Below, in pieces: positions 26,409 through 35,519 of a stretch of 64,000 nt of DNA (within the stretch, counting starts at the first letter, position 1; every line of letters starts with the position of its first letter). The position numbers were made by a program, and so were the translations under genes. Source of the DNA: Oscillospiraceae bacterium (GTDB lineage Bacteria > Bacillota > Clostridia > Oscillospirales > Oscillospiraceae); contig JAFRSI010000141.1 in assembly GCA_017427645.1 (NCBI GenBank), forward strand, positions 6,395 through 70,394. The letters are read 5' to 3'. The notes under the pieces are model-generated. The model saw only the letters and a list, made by a program, of their open reading frames with translations, was not told the DNA's origin and did not search any database.

Positions 26409-27071
26409 ATGCCGGACGTAACGATTCTCTACCAGGACGCCCACCTGGCGGTGGCCGTCAAGCCCGCAGGTGTGCTGAGCGAGGACGGGGACGGCGCCTC
26501 CATGCCGGCCCTGCTCCGGGAGCACTACCGCGCCGCCGGGCAGAACGACTATATTGCCACCGTCCACCGGCTGGACCGGATCGTAGGCGGAGTCATGGTG
26601 TTTTCCCGGCGCCGGGAGATCACCGGCAAGCTCACCGAGGCCGTCCGGGAGCACCGGGTCACCAAGGAGTACCTGGCCGTTCTGCGGGGCCACCCGGCGG
26701 AGCCGGAGGCCACCCTCACCGATTTGCTGTTCCGGGACGCCGCCCACAACAAGAGTTACGTGGTCAAGCGGATGCGCAAGGGCGTCCGGGAGGCCAGTCT
26801 GGACTACCGGGAGCTGGGGCGGACGGACGCCCTCTCCCTGGTCCGCGTCCGCCTTCACACCGGGCGCACCCACCAGATCCGCGTACAGTTTGCCTCCCGG
26901 GGCCTGCCCCTGCTGGGCGACATCCGCTACGGCAGCAAGGACCCCCGCTGCACCGCCGCCCTGTGGTCGTATCATCTGGCCTTTGCCCACCCCGTCACCG
27001 GCAGGCCGGTGGATGTGATCTGCCCGCCCCCTGCAGCCTATCCCTGGACTCTGTTCGAGGGGGCGTTCTGA
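26409..27071 (+). CDS. RluA-family RNA pseudouridine synthase
   Basis: KPAG, VHRLD, TGRTHQIRVQ, GDIRYG. Confidence 0.9.
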   Translation: MPDVTILYQDAHLAVAVKPAGVLSEDGDGASMPALLREHYRAAGQNDYIATVHRLDRIVGGVMVFSRRREITGKLTEAVREHRVTKEYLAVLRGHPAEPEATLTDLLFRDAAHNKSYVVKRMRKGVREASLDYRELGRTDALSLVRVRLHTGRTHQIRVQFASRGLPLLGDIRYGSKDPRCTAALWSYHLAFAHPVTGRPVDVICPPPAAYPWTLFEGAF

Positions 27072-27088
27072 AAAGCGCAGCGCCCCCG

Positions 27089-27200
27089 CCTGTCATCTTG
27101 AGCGGAGTGAGCGCAGCGAACGCAGTCGAAAGATCCTCCCCCTCCCACGCCCGGCAGCGGCAAGCGCCTTCGATTTCCTCCGCTCGCTCAGGATGACAGG
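27089..27200. repeat. REP-like palindromic element (GTCATCYTGAGCG...CGCTCAGGATGAC type)
   Basis: Terminal inverted repeat cctgtcatcttgagcg / cgctcaggatgacagg. Confidence 0.7.
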
Positions 27201-27372
27201 AAAAGCCGCCCATCGGGGCACGTTTCGCAAGGAAGTTGCTTTGAGGCAGTTATTACCGGCTAAAAAGGACATGAAAGGGGCGTGACCGCTATGGTCACGC
27301 CTGTTTTGTCTTTTGGATTTTGTGGGGCAAAATCCGATGCTCGTTATGAATGTGGACAAGGATGCATCCCCA

Positions 27373-27422
27373 CCTCATCCGACCTCGCTTTGCTCAGCCA
27401 CCTTCCTCTCAAGGGGACGGCT
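27373..27422 (+). repeat. Second REP/CIR-like short palindromic element
   Basis: cctcatccgacc...gccaccttcctctcaaggggacgg resembles the CCTCATCCG...CACCTTCCCC..GGGGAAGG repeat family. Confidence 0.5.
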
Positions 27423-27446
27423 TTTTCTGCCCTCGCGGCATCTCCG

Positions 27447-27732
27447 CAAACCGGAATTTGTCGCTTCATTTATCCTGCTTTTTAAAATCGCGAACTACTC
27501 CATAGACTAAGAAGCAAATGCCTGCAATGAGTGCGATAATGGCTGCGACTTTCAAAGGCGATCCTACATAACTTAATCCGGCTTGGAACAAGGAACTATC
27601 CCAACTCACCACATTACTCATGAAAATCGCTGCTGCTATGTATCGTGCACTCATTAAAACAGCTGAGATCAAACAGAATATTGCGCCAATACCTTTGTTA
27701 TTCATAAATTCACCTCCATAAATCCCGATTTG
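27447..27732. mobile_element. Putative single-gene cassette bounded by inverted 14-bp sites
   Basis: CAAACCGGAATTTG (27447-27460) and TAAATCCCGATTTG (27719-27732) flank an AT-rich ORF. Confidence 0.45.
27466..27705 (-). CDS. AT-rich 79-aa two-TM membrane protein
   Basis: RBS ggaggtg; two hydrophobic helices; low GC. Confidence 0.75.
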   Translation of the reverse strand: MNNKGIGAIFCLISAVLMSARYIAAAIFMSNVVSWDSSLFQAGLSYVGSPLKVAAIIALIAGICFLVYGVVRDFKKQDK

Positions 27733-27740
27733 TTTTGGTC

Positions 27741-27769
27741 ATTATACTATTGTTGACCGACGTAGTCAA
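27741..27769 (-). promoter_or_regulatory. Near-consensus SigA promoter just outside the cassette
   Basis: TTGACT-17-TATAAT. Confidence 0.75.
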
Positions 27770-27788
27770 TTACCTTGCACTTGAGGCA

Positions 27789-27821
27789 GACGGAGGCACT
27801 TCCTTACGAAGTGCCTCCGTC
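27789..27821 (-). terminator. Hairpin after the spo0A paralogue
   Basis: gacggaggcacttc...gaagtgcctccgtc. Confidence 0.65.
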
Positions 27822-27848
27822 GGGGCGGCTTTTCCGTTCTTCTCTTCT

Positions 27849-28577
27849 TCATGCCGCGGAGCTCTCCCGCTCCCGGCGCAGCTTCTCCGCCATAGCGGCG
27901 ATGAACACGCCGTTGCTGGGCTTGTCCACGTTGAAATACGCCCGCTGGAGCTCCGGGTCACCCCGCAGCCACGCCGCGTCCACGGCGCTGCGGATGGCCC
28001 GCTCCACGCAGGAGGGCGTAGTGCCGAATTCCCGGGCCAGGGCCGGATACAGCGCCTTGGTCAAGGCGTGAGCCAGCTCCGGCTCCGCTATCACCATCAG
28101 GATCGCCCGGCGCACGTAGGGATATCCCTTCATGTGGGCCGGCATCCCCACGGCGTGCAGCGCCCGGGATACCGCCGCCTCCGTCTGCCGCAAACTCTGC
28201 CGCTCCCCGTCGGCGCCGCAGGCACGGCGCAGCAGCGCCAGCAGCACGTCGGTGTGGAACGGCTTGGGCAGAAACAGGCGGATCTCCCGCCGGATCACCT
28301 CCAGCAGGATATCCTGCCGGCAGTGCCCCGTGACCATCAGCGCGCCGGGCACCACACCCTTCAGCGCATCCAGCAAGGCAAAGCCGTCCAGCTCCGGCAG
28401 CACCGCGTCCGTCACCACGACGTCCGGCTGCAGCCGCCGGGCCAGCGCCAGGGCCTCGGTCCCGCTGCCCGTGTGGGCGACCAGGACGAATTCGCCGGTG
28501 CTCTCGATCTTCTCTTTCATCAGGAGGCGGTACTCCTCGTCGGCGTCTGCCAACAGGACCCGGTATGCTGTGCCCAT
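27849..28577 (-). CDS. Spo0A-like response regulator (paralogue)
   Basis: Receiver (VTDAVLPELDG, LPKPF) plus Spo0A C-domain (GMPAHMKGY, TKALYP, VERAIR, KPSN). Confidence 0.85.
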   Translation of the reverse strand: MGTAYRVLLADADEEYRLLMKEKIESTGEFVLVAHTGSGTEALALARRLQPDVVVTDAVLPELDGFALLDALKGVVPGALMVTGHCRQDILLEVIRREIRLFLPKPFHTDVLLALLRRACGADGERQSLRQTEAAVSRALHAVGMPAHMKGYPYVRRAILMVIAEPELAHALTKALYPALAREFGTTPSCVERAIRSAVDAAWLRGDPELQRAYFNVDKPSNGVFIAAMAEKLRRERESSAA

Positions 28578-28689
28578 GGCCGTTCCCCCATCCGCTTCGC
28601 GTTATTTCGCCGATGCTCTGTGTGCTCTGTAGCGTAGCACATATTTGTTCCGAAATCAAGCTGAAGTGGCGCTTTTTCGCCGCATTTCG

Positions 28690-28696
28690 TTCGACA
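28690..28696 (-). promoter_or_regulatory. Spo0A box upstream of the paralogue
   Basis: TGTCGAA on the minus strand. Confidence 0.5.
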
Positions 28697-28874
28697 AAAT
28701 CCGCATATCGGGACAGCGCGGCATATGTTGTTGTCCGGTGTTTTGTGGGCACAAGATGTTGATTGTTGCAGGGAAATGGCCAGTGGAAAATCCTTTGGTA
28801 CAGCGCAGCAAAGGAGGGCCGGGCCGCGTTCAGTGAACCGGGCGGAGTCGTGTACCGGGGACATTGGGATAATT

Positions 28875-28907
28875 AAGCAACCGCTGCGAGATTCGCAGCG
28901 GTTGCTT
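28875..28907 (-). terminator. Terminator after spo0A
   Basis: aagcaaccgctgcga-gat-tcgcagcggttgctt. Confidence 0.75.
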
Positions 28908-28940
28908 TCTGTTACAAATCCTTGCGCCCCAACGCTTTCC

Positions 28941-29699
28941 TCACGCGCGCTTCTGCTTCATCTGCAGGGACAGCCGATCGGCGATCATGGCGATGAACTC
29001 GGAATTCGTCGGCTTGCCCTTGGCGGAGTTGACGGTGTAGCCGAAGTATTTCTGCAGCGTGTCCAGATCCCCGCGGTCCCAGGCCACCTCGATGGCGTGG
29101 CGGATGGCCCGCTCCACCCGGGAGGCGGTGGTGTCGAAGCGCCGGGCCACCTCCGGGTACAGCACCTTGGTGACGGCGTTGATCACGTCCATATCGTTGA
29201 CGGCGATCATGATGGCCTCCCGGAGATACTGGTAGCCCTTGATGTGGGCGGGCACGCCGATCTCGTGAATGATGGCGGTGACCTGGGCCTCCAGCTCCGG
29301 CGCCGGATCCTCGGCCGCCTCCGCCGGGCGCAGGGCCCGGCGCATATGCTCCAGCAGCGAGGGCCCGTTGACCGGCTTGGGCAGGAACGAGCAGGCGCCC
29401 AGCTCCGCAGCCTCCGCCACCGTACGCGGCGCGCAGAAGGAGGACGCTACGATCACCTGCGGGCCCCGATCCCCCAACTCCCTGCAGCGGCGCAGCAGGG
29501 CGAAGCCGTCCAGTCCCGGCAGCACCAGATCCGTCACCAGCAGCTCCGGCCGCCGCTCCACCACCAGGCGCCAGGCCTCCTGCCCGTCCCCGGTCTCACC
29601 GACCACCCGGAACTCCCCCGACTCCTCCAACAGCTGCTTTGTCAACACCCGAAATTCCTCGCTGCCGTCGGCGAGGATCACCTTGCTCCAGTTCTCCAT
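28941..29699 (-). CDS. spo0A: Sporulation master regulator Spo0A
   Basis: [57 protein letters not shown]; downstream of spoIVB. Confidence 0.95.
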   Translation of the reverse strand: MENWSKVILADGSEEFRVLTKQLLEESGEFRVVGETGDGQEAWRLVVERRPELLVTDLVLPGLDGFALLRRCRELGDRGPQVIVASSFCAPRTVAEAAELGACSFLPKPVNGPSLLEHMRRALRPAEAAEDPAPELEAQVTAIIHEIGVPAHIKGYQYLREAIMIAVNDMDVINAVTKVLYPEVARRFDTTASRVERAIRHAIEVAWDRGDLDTLQKYFGYTVNSAKGKPTNSEFIAMIADRLSLQMKQKRA

Positions 29700-29823
29700 T
29701 CATCGATCCTTCTTCCCCAAGTAGTAGCCGCCCGGATAGCCCGGCGGCTGCGCAACAAATCAACATCCGTCGCTTGACCTGCCTATAATGTAGCAGAATG
29801 GGACAGCGTTTTTCAGCGGATTT

Positions 29824-29852
29824 CGTCGAAACCCACGGAGAATCGTTCGACA
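29824..29852. promoter_or_regulatory. Spo0A boxes upstream of spo0A
   Basis: cgtcgaa (29824-29830, one mismatch) and ttcgaca (29846-29852). Confidence 0.55.
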
Positions 29853-29908
29853 AATTCCGCCGCAAAAGGACGGCCGGGGTAACCCCCGGCCGTCCTTCTG
29901 GGCAATCT

Positions 29909-30940
29909 CTATCCCGCCATGGCCAGCATGTTCTCCATCAGGATCCCGTAGCCCTGTGCGGGGTCGTTGACCAGCACGTGGGTCACAGCGCCCACAAACT
30001 TGCCGTCCTGCAGGATGGGACTTCCGCTCATCCCCTGCACGATGCCGCCGGTGGTCTCCAGCAGCCGCGGATCGGTGACCCGCAGCAGCAGATTTCGCAT
30101 GTCCTGCTTCTCCGGGCAGATCCGCACGATCTCCACCCGGTAGCTGTCGATCTCCTGTCCCGAAACGGTACACAGGATGGTGGCGGGGCCCAGGCGCACC
30201 TCCTCCGGCGCAGCCACCGGAAGAGGCTCTCCGGCGCCGACAAAGGCGTCGTCGGACACGGTGCCGAAGATGCCCGCCGCCGTATTGGCCGACACGGTGC
30301 CCACGTCGCGCTGGACGGAGAAATCCCCCTTCAGCTCGCCCGGGTCGCCCCGGCGGCCCTTTTTTACCGCCCGCACCGGCGTATCCATAATGGAGCCGCT
30401 GCTCAGGGGCATGAGCACGTGGGTGTCCACGTCGGTGACGCCGTGGCCCAGGGCGCCGTAGCTGCCGGTGACGGGATCGTAAAAGGTCAGCGTGCCGATG
30501 CCGGCCATGCTGTCACGGATCCACACGCCCAGGCGATAGACGCCGTCGCCGCAGAGCACCGGGCAGGCCTCCGCCTCCCAGGTCCTGCCGCCCCGGCGGA
30601 CCGTCAGCACCACCGGCTCCTCCCCCGTCTCCTGCAGCACGGACTGCAGATGCTCCGTTGATCGGATCTCCTGGCGGTTGATCCGGAGGATCAGGTCCCC
30701 CTCCTTCAAGCCGCAGTCCTCCGCAGGAGAGTTGTCGCCGCCGTCCAGATCGGACACGGCCACCACCAGCACACCGTCGGCAAACAGCTTGATCCCGACG
30801 GTCCTCCCCATGGGGATCAATTCCCGCTCCCGCCCCTGAGCGGCCCATGCCTGCTCCGTGCAGACGGAGAGGGACAGCAGGATCGCCAGCGCCAGCGCCG
30901 CGATCCGCTGCCGGCAAAACGTCTGCCGCGTTTCATGCAT
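29909..30940 (-). CDS. spoIVB: SpoIVB peptidase (S55, PDZ)
   Basis: WIRDSMAGIGTLTF, GALGHG, TGGIVQGMSGSPI, GAVTHV. Confidence 0.95.
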   Translation of the reverse strand: MHETRQTFCRQRIAALALAILLSLSVCTEQAWAAQGRERELIPMGRTVGIKLFADGVLVVAVSDLDGGDNSPAEDCGLKEGDLILRINRQEIRSTEHLQSVLQETGEEPVVLTVRRGGRTWEAEACPVLCGDGVYRLGVWIRDSMAGIGTLTFYDPVTGSYGALGHGVTDVDTHVLMPLSSGSIMDTPVRAVKKGRRGDPGELKGDFSVQRDVGTVSANTAAGIFGTVSDDAFVGAGEPLPVAAPEEVRLGPATILCTVSGQEIDSYRVEIVRICPEKQDMRNLLLRVTDPRLLETTGGIVQGMSGSPILQDGKFVGAVTHVLVNDPAQGYGILMENMLAMAG

Positions 30941-31026
30941 CGGATCACCCCTTTTTTGTTTTTGCCGCGCGGCAGATTTACTTTGTGCCGATTCGACGGG
31001 ATTATCAGCAACAAATAAAGGAAACA

Positions 31027-31060
31027 AAAAGCCGCCGCAGCTTGGCTGCGGCGGCTCTTT
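31027..31060 (-). terminator. Terminator after ftsZ
   Basis: aaaagccgccgcag...ctgcggcggctcttt. Confidence 0.75.
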
Positions 31061-31078
31061 GACAGTTTTTTTCAACTT

Positions 31079-32167
31079 TTAGAAGTTCCTGCTCTTGAAG
31101 ATATCGATGATGTCGTCAAAGGACTTGTCCTCGCTCTTGGACTCCTCGGCCTGCTCGGCCAGCGGCTTCAGGGGCTCCAGGGCGGGCTTGTCCTGCTCCT
31201 CTACCTTATTGCCGTCCTCAAAGCCGGTGGCGATCACGGTGACGCGGATCTCATCGTCCAGAGACTCGTCGAAGGTGGCGCCGAAGATGCTCAGCGCGTC
31301 GGGATGCACGGCCTGGCGCACCAGATCGGCGGCCTGCGCCACCTCGTCCAGCCCGATATCCATGGAGCCGGTGACGTTGATCAGCACGCCCTTGGCGCCG
31401 TTGATGGAGGTCTCCAGCAGCGGGCTGGAGATGGCCATGTGGGCGGCCTCCTCCGCCTTGTTCTTGCCGGCGGCGCGGCCCACGCCCATGTGGGCAAGGC
31501 CGGCGTCCTTCATGACGGCGGTCACGTCGGCGAAGTCCAGGTTGATGAAGCCGGTGTCGCGGATCAGGTCGGAGATGGACTGCACGGCCTGGCGCAGCAC
31601 GTCGTCGGCGATCTCGAAGGCGTTGGCAAAGGTGATCTTCTCGTCGGTGGCGTATTTCAGCCGCTCGTTGGGGATGATGACAAGGGAGTCCACCTTGCCC
31701 TGCAGCTCCTCGATGCCCTGCTCGGCCTGGGTCATGCGGCGGCGGCCCTCAAAGCCGAAGGGCTTGGTGACCACGCCCACCGTCAGCACGCCCTGCTCCC
31801 GGGCGATCTCCGCCACCACGGGGGCCGCGCCGGTACCGGTGCCGCCGCCCATACCGGCGGTGATGAACACCATGTCGGTCTTCTCCAGGGCCTTGGTGAT
31901 CTGATTGCGGCTCTCCTCGGCGGCCTTGCGGCCCACCTCGGGGTTGGAGCCGGCGCCCTTGCCGCCGGTCAGCTTCTCGCCGATCTGGATCTTATATGTG
32001 GCGCTGGAAGCGTTCAGCGCCTGCTTATCGGTATTGACAGCGATAAACTCCACGTTCTTGGTGCCGGAGCGCACCATGCGATTCACCACGTTATTGCCTG
32101 CGCCGCCAATGCCCACGACCTTGATGTTGACAACGTTTTCAACGCCCGTTTCCAATCCAAAACTCAT
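31079..32167 (-). CDS. ftsZ: Cell division protein FtsZ
   Basis: [23 protein letters not shown]. Confidence 0.98.
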   Translation of the reverse strand: MSFGLETGVENVVNIKVVGIGGAGNNVVNRMVRSGTKNVEFIAVNTDKQALNASSATYKIQIGEKLTGGKGAGSNPEVGRKAAEESRNQITKALEKTDMVFITAGMGGGTGTGAAPVVAEIAREQGVLTVGVVTKPFGFEGRRRMTQAEQGIEELQGKVDSLVIIPNERLKYATDEKITFANAFEIADDVLRQAVQSISDLIRDTGFINLDFADVTAVMKDAGLAHMGVGRAAGKNKAEEAAHMAISSPLLETSINGAKGVLINVTGSMDIGLDEVAQAADLVRQAVHPDALSIFGATFDESLDDEIRVTVIATGFEDGNKVEEQDKPALEPLKPLAEQAEESKSEDKSFDDIIDIFKSRNF

Positions 32168-32244
32168 GACGGTTCCTCCTGCTATCTCTTGTATTCAAAA
32201 GCCATTTTTCCTGCTCTTAACCCCAATATAGAGTGGTTTGTATT

Positions 32245-32273
32245 ATTGTATTACGGATTGGGCCGGAGGTCAA
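32245..32273 (-). promoter_or_regulatory. ftsZ promoter
   Basis: TTGACC-17-TACAAT. Confidence 0.65.
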
Positions 32274-32308
32274 GTGCTCCCGTGTGATTTCCTGAAAAAA
32301 GTTGCAGA

Positions 32309-33058
32309 TCAATCGGGAATAAAATTGACCTTGTGATCCTGGGTCATGTTGATGGTGCCCTTCTCGTTGTCCTCCAGGCGCTCCACCACCGCCAGCAGAT
32401 AGTTCAGCTTATAATCCATATCGGCGTTCCAGGGGATCTGGACGGTGAAGCGGTTCAGATAGCGCATGGTGATGACGGAGGCATCCTCCAGGTGGATCGC
32501 CTGCACGTCCTTCAGCATATCCTTCTCCCGCAGCCGCTGCAGCATATCCAGCAGTACCCGGCCGGCATCCTCGTTCTCCGCGCGGAAGGTCTCGCCGATC
32601 CGGGGTTCCTTCAGCACCAGGCCTGTGACGGCGGGATACTCCCTGGTGCCGGACGTCACCGTGTCCACGATCTTGCCCGCGCCGGACAGCAGCCACAGCA
32701 CCTCGTCCTGCTCCACCGCCAGGGCCACGCGGCTCTCTGTGATGGTGATGCACAGGGTGCTGGGCAGCTTGCGGACGATCCGCACCGTCTCCACATAGCT
32801 CAGCTCCGAGCGGATGCGGTTGGCCACCTCGTATTTGTCCATGAGGAAGAGGTTGTCACCCAGATCCACGCCGCTGGCCGCCACCACGTCCTCCTGGGCG
32901 TAGCGCTCCGCGCCCTGCACCTCGATGCTCTCCACCTTGAAGAACAGGGCCAGCGCCGCCACGATGGCGCCGCAGATCACCACGAAGGTCAGCAGGCGAT
33001 AGAGGACGGCGAACCTTCCCCTGTTGCTTCTGCGTTTTCTTCTATTGCGTCTGCCCAT
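32309..33058 (-). CDS. ftsQ: Cell division protein FtsQ/DivIB
   Basis: Basic N-terminus, TM, POTRA domain (FKVESIEVQG..NLF..RKLPSTL); position between murA and ftsZ. Confidence 0.85.
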   Translation of the reverse strand: MGRRNRRKRRSNRGRFAVLYRLLTFVVICGAIVAALALFFKVESIEVQGAERYAQEDVVAASGVDLGDNLFLMDKYEVANRIRSELSYVETVRIVRKLPSTLCITITESRVALAVEQDEVLWLLSGAGKIVDTVTSGTREYPAVTGLVLKEPRIGETFRAENEDAGRVLLDMLQRLREKDMLKDVQAIHLEDASVITMRYLNRFTVQIPWNADMDYKLNYLLAVVERLEDNEKGTINMTQDHKVNFIPD

Positions 33059-33067
33059 GTGAAACTC

Positions 33068-34321
33068 CTATCTCTCTGTCTCCTGTATCGCTGCGCCCAG
33101 CCGGGCCAGATCGCCCGTCAGGTCGCCGTATCCCCGCTTGATGTGGCGGATCTCCTCCACCTGGGTGATGCCGTCTGCCTGCAGACCTGCCACCACCAGT
33201 GCCGCGCCGCCCCGCAGATCCGTACATCGCACGGCGGCTCCGCTCAGACGCGGTACGCCGCACAGCACCGCCACCCGCCCCTCGGAACGGATATCGGCGC
33301 CCATGCGCAGCAGCTCTCCCACGTGCCGGTATCGGCTTTGGAACATGTTTTCCACGAACATCGTGGTGCCGTGTGACCGCAGCAGGGCCGCCATCACCAC
33401 CGCCTGGGCGTCCGTGGGGAACCCCGGATAGGGCGAGGTGCGGATGGGGCTGACGCCTCGCAGCACGCCGCGGCTCTGCAGCCGGATGCAGGCCTCGTCA
33501 CAGCTGACGCAGCAGCCCGCCTGCCGCAGCACGGTGGTCACCGTGGAGACGTGGCGGTAATCCACGCCCCGCAGTACGACGTCGCCGCCGGCGGCAGCCG
33601 CCGCCGACAGATATGTAGCCGCCGCGATCCGGTCGCCGATGCAGCGGTGCCGGCAGCCGTGAAGCGGACGGCCGCCCTCCACGATCACCGTGGCGGAACC
33701 CGCGCCGCGGACGGCGGCGCCCATGGCCCGGAGAAATCCCTGCAGATCCACGATCTCCGGCTCTCTGGCGGCGTTGGAAATCACCGTGACGCCCCTTGCG
33801 CCGCAGGCCGCCAGCATGGCGTTCTCCGTGGCGCCCACGCTGGGCAGAGGCAGCACGATCTCCGTCCCCAGCAGGCCGCCCTGACACTGCAGACGGCCGC
33901 CGCACTCGTCGATCCGGGCCCCCAGGGCCCGCAGAGCGGCCAAGTGGATATCAATGGGCCGGGGCCCCAGCTCGCAGCCGCCGGGATAGCTCAGCTCCGC
34001 CCTGCCGCAGCGGCCCAGGATCGCCCCCAGAAAGATCACCGACGAGCGCATCCGCCGCATCAGCGCATCCGGGATCTCCCAGCCGCTCAAGGTGCTGCTG
34101 TCCACCGTCAGGGTTTCGCCCTCCCGGCTCACCCGGCAGCCCAGATGGCGCAGGATGGCCGCGCTGGCCTCCACGTCCTCCAGGGGCGGACAGTTCTCGA
34201 TCACGCAGACGCCGCCGCTGAGGACGGCGGCTGCCAGAATGGGCAGTACGCTGTTCTTTGCCCCCTGCACCGTCAGCTCCCCCCGGAGCCGACGGCCTCC
34301 CTCCACTGTGATCACTCTCAT
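33068..34321 (-). CDS. murA: UDP-N-acetylglucosamine 1-carboxyvinyltransferase
   Basis: GAKNS, PGGCELGPRPIDIH, SVGATEN, YPGFPTDAQ, DLRGGA. Confidence 0.95.
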   Translation of the reverse strand: MRVITVEGGRRLRGELTVQGAKNSVLPILAAAVLSGGVCVIENCPPLEDVEASAAILRHLGCRVSREGETLTVDSSTLSGWEIPDALMRRMRSSVIFLGAILGRCGRAELSYPGGCELGPRPIDIHLAALRALGARIDECGGRLQCQGGLLGTEIVLPLPSVGATENAMLAACGARGVTVISNAAREPEIVDLQGFLRAMGAAVRGAGSATVIVEGGRPLHGCRHRCIGDRIAAATYLSAAAAAGGDVVLRGVDYRHVSTVTTVLRQAGCCVSCDEACIRLQSRGVLRGVSPIRTSPYPGFPTDAQAVVMAALLRSHGTTMFVENMFQSRYRHVGELLRMGADIRSEGRVAVLCGVPRLSGAAVRCTDLRGGAALVVAGLQADGITQVEEIRHIKRGYGDLTGDLARLGAAIQETER

Positions 34322-34380
34322 GGTCCGCCCTGCCTTTCCTCGCTTTTTCAAGCCATCTTATGCAGGGCAGGCCCATCCGG

Positions 34381-35499
34381 TCACTTGACCAGAGCCATAA
34401 CCGTGTCGTAGATCCGCTGGGTGGCGTCCAGGATCCCCAGGGACCCCATGGCGCGGCTCATGGCCGCGCAGCGCCCCGGATCGTCCAGGATCTCCCGGGC
34501 GGCCCGATAGAGGCCCTCTCCGGTGCACTCCGCCTCCAGCATCAGCCTGGCGCCGCCGTGCTTTTCCAGGATCCTGGCGTTCTTCTCCTGATGATTGTTG
34601 GTCACGTAGGGCGATGGGACGATGATGGTGGGCACCGCCAAAGCCGTGATCTCGCTGACGGTGGATGCACCGGCCCGGCAGATCACCAGATCCGCCGCCC
34701 GCATGACCACCGCCATGTCGTAAATGTACTCCCGCACGTCCAGGGAGGGACACTTGTCCAGCCCTCTGGCCTCCAGCTCGGTGCGGATGCTCTTCCAGCC
34801 GCTGCTGCCCACGGCGTGGATGTGGTGGAACGGCTCGCCGCCCTGCTGCTCACACCGGAAAAAGTCCAGCATCTTCTGGTTCATGTCCCGGGCGCCCAGG
34901 CTGCCCCAGAAGGACACCACCAGCGGCCGGTCGTCTGTAAAGCCCAGCTTTTGCCGGGCCTCCCGGCGGCTCAGTTCAAAGAAATCGCCCCGCACCGGCG
35001 TGCCGGTGACTACGATCTTCTCCGGGTGGCGGTAGTGCTGGCGGCAGTCCTCAAAGCCCACCATGATCCGGTCGGCGTAGGGCTCCAGCCGCTTGGTGGT
35101 CAGGCCGGGGACCATGTTGGACTCATGCACCGCCGTGGGCACACCGGCCCGGGCCGCGCAGCGCACCATGGGATAGCTGGCATAGCCGCCGGTCCCCACC
35201 ACCAGATCGGGGTGAAATTCGTCGAAGATCTGCCGGGCCTGGCGGGGAGAGGCCATCAGCGTTTTGACGGCCCGCAGGTTGAAGGCCAGGGATTTCGGCT
35301 TCAGGGACCGGCGGAAGCCGGATACCTCCACGCCCCGGAAGGCATATCCCTGCTTCTCCACCAGCTCCCGCTCCATGCCGTCCGGCGTGCCCACGAAGAG
35401 CACGTTCAGCTTCGGCAGCTTCTGCTCCATATATTTTGCCAGCGCCAGGGCGGGATTGACGTGGCCCGCCGTGCCGCCGCAGGTAAATATCACGTTCAT
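34381..35499 (-). CDS. murG: Lipid II GlcNAc transferase
   Basis: GGTAGHVNP, GGYAS, HESN, GSLGA, RAGASTVSE, HQEKNA. Confidence 0.96.
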   Translation of the reverse strand: MNVIFTCGGTAGHVNPALALAKYMEQKLPKLNVLFVGTPDGMERELVEKQGYAFRGVEVSGFRRSLKPKSLAFNLRAVKTLMASPRQARQIFDEFHPDLVVGTGGYASYPMVRCAARAGVPTAVHESNMVPGLTTKRLEPYADRIMVGFEDCRQHYRHPEKIVVTGTPVRGDFFELSRREARQKLGFTDDRPLVVSFWGSLGARDMNQKMLDFFRCEQQGGEPFHHIHAVGSSGWKSIRTELEARGLDKCPSLDVREYIYDMAVVMRAADLVICRAGASTVSEITALAVPTIIVPSPYVTNNHQEKNARILEKHGGARLMLEAECTGEGLYRAAREILDDPGRCAAMSRAMGSLGILDATQRIYDTVMALVK

Positions 35500-35519
35500 G
35501 TCCTATCCTCCCGCTCCCG

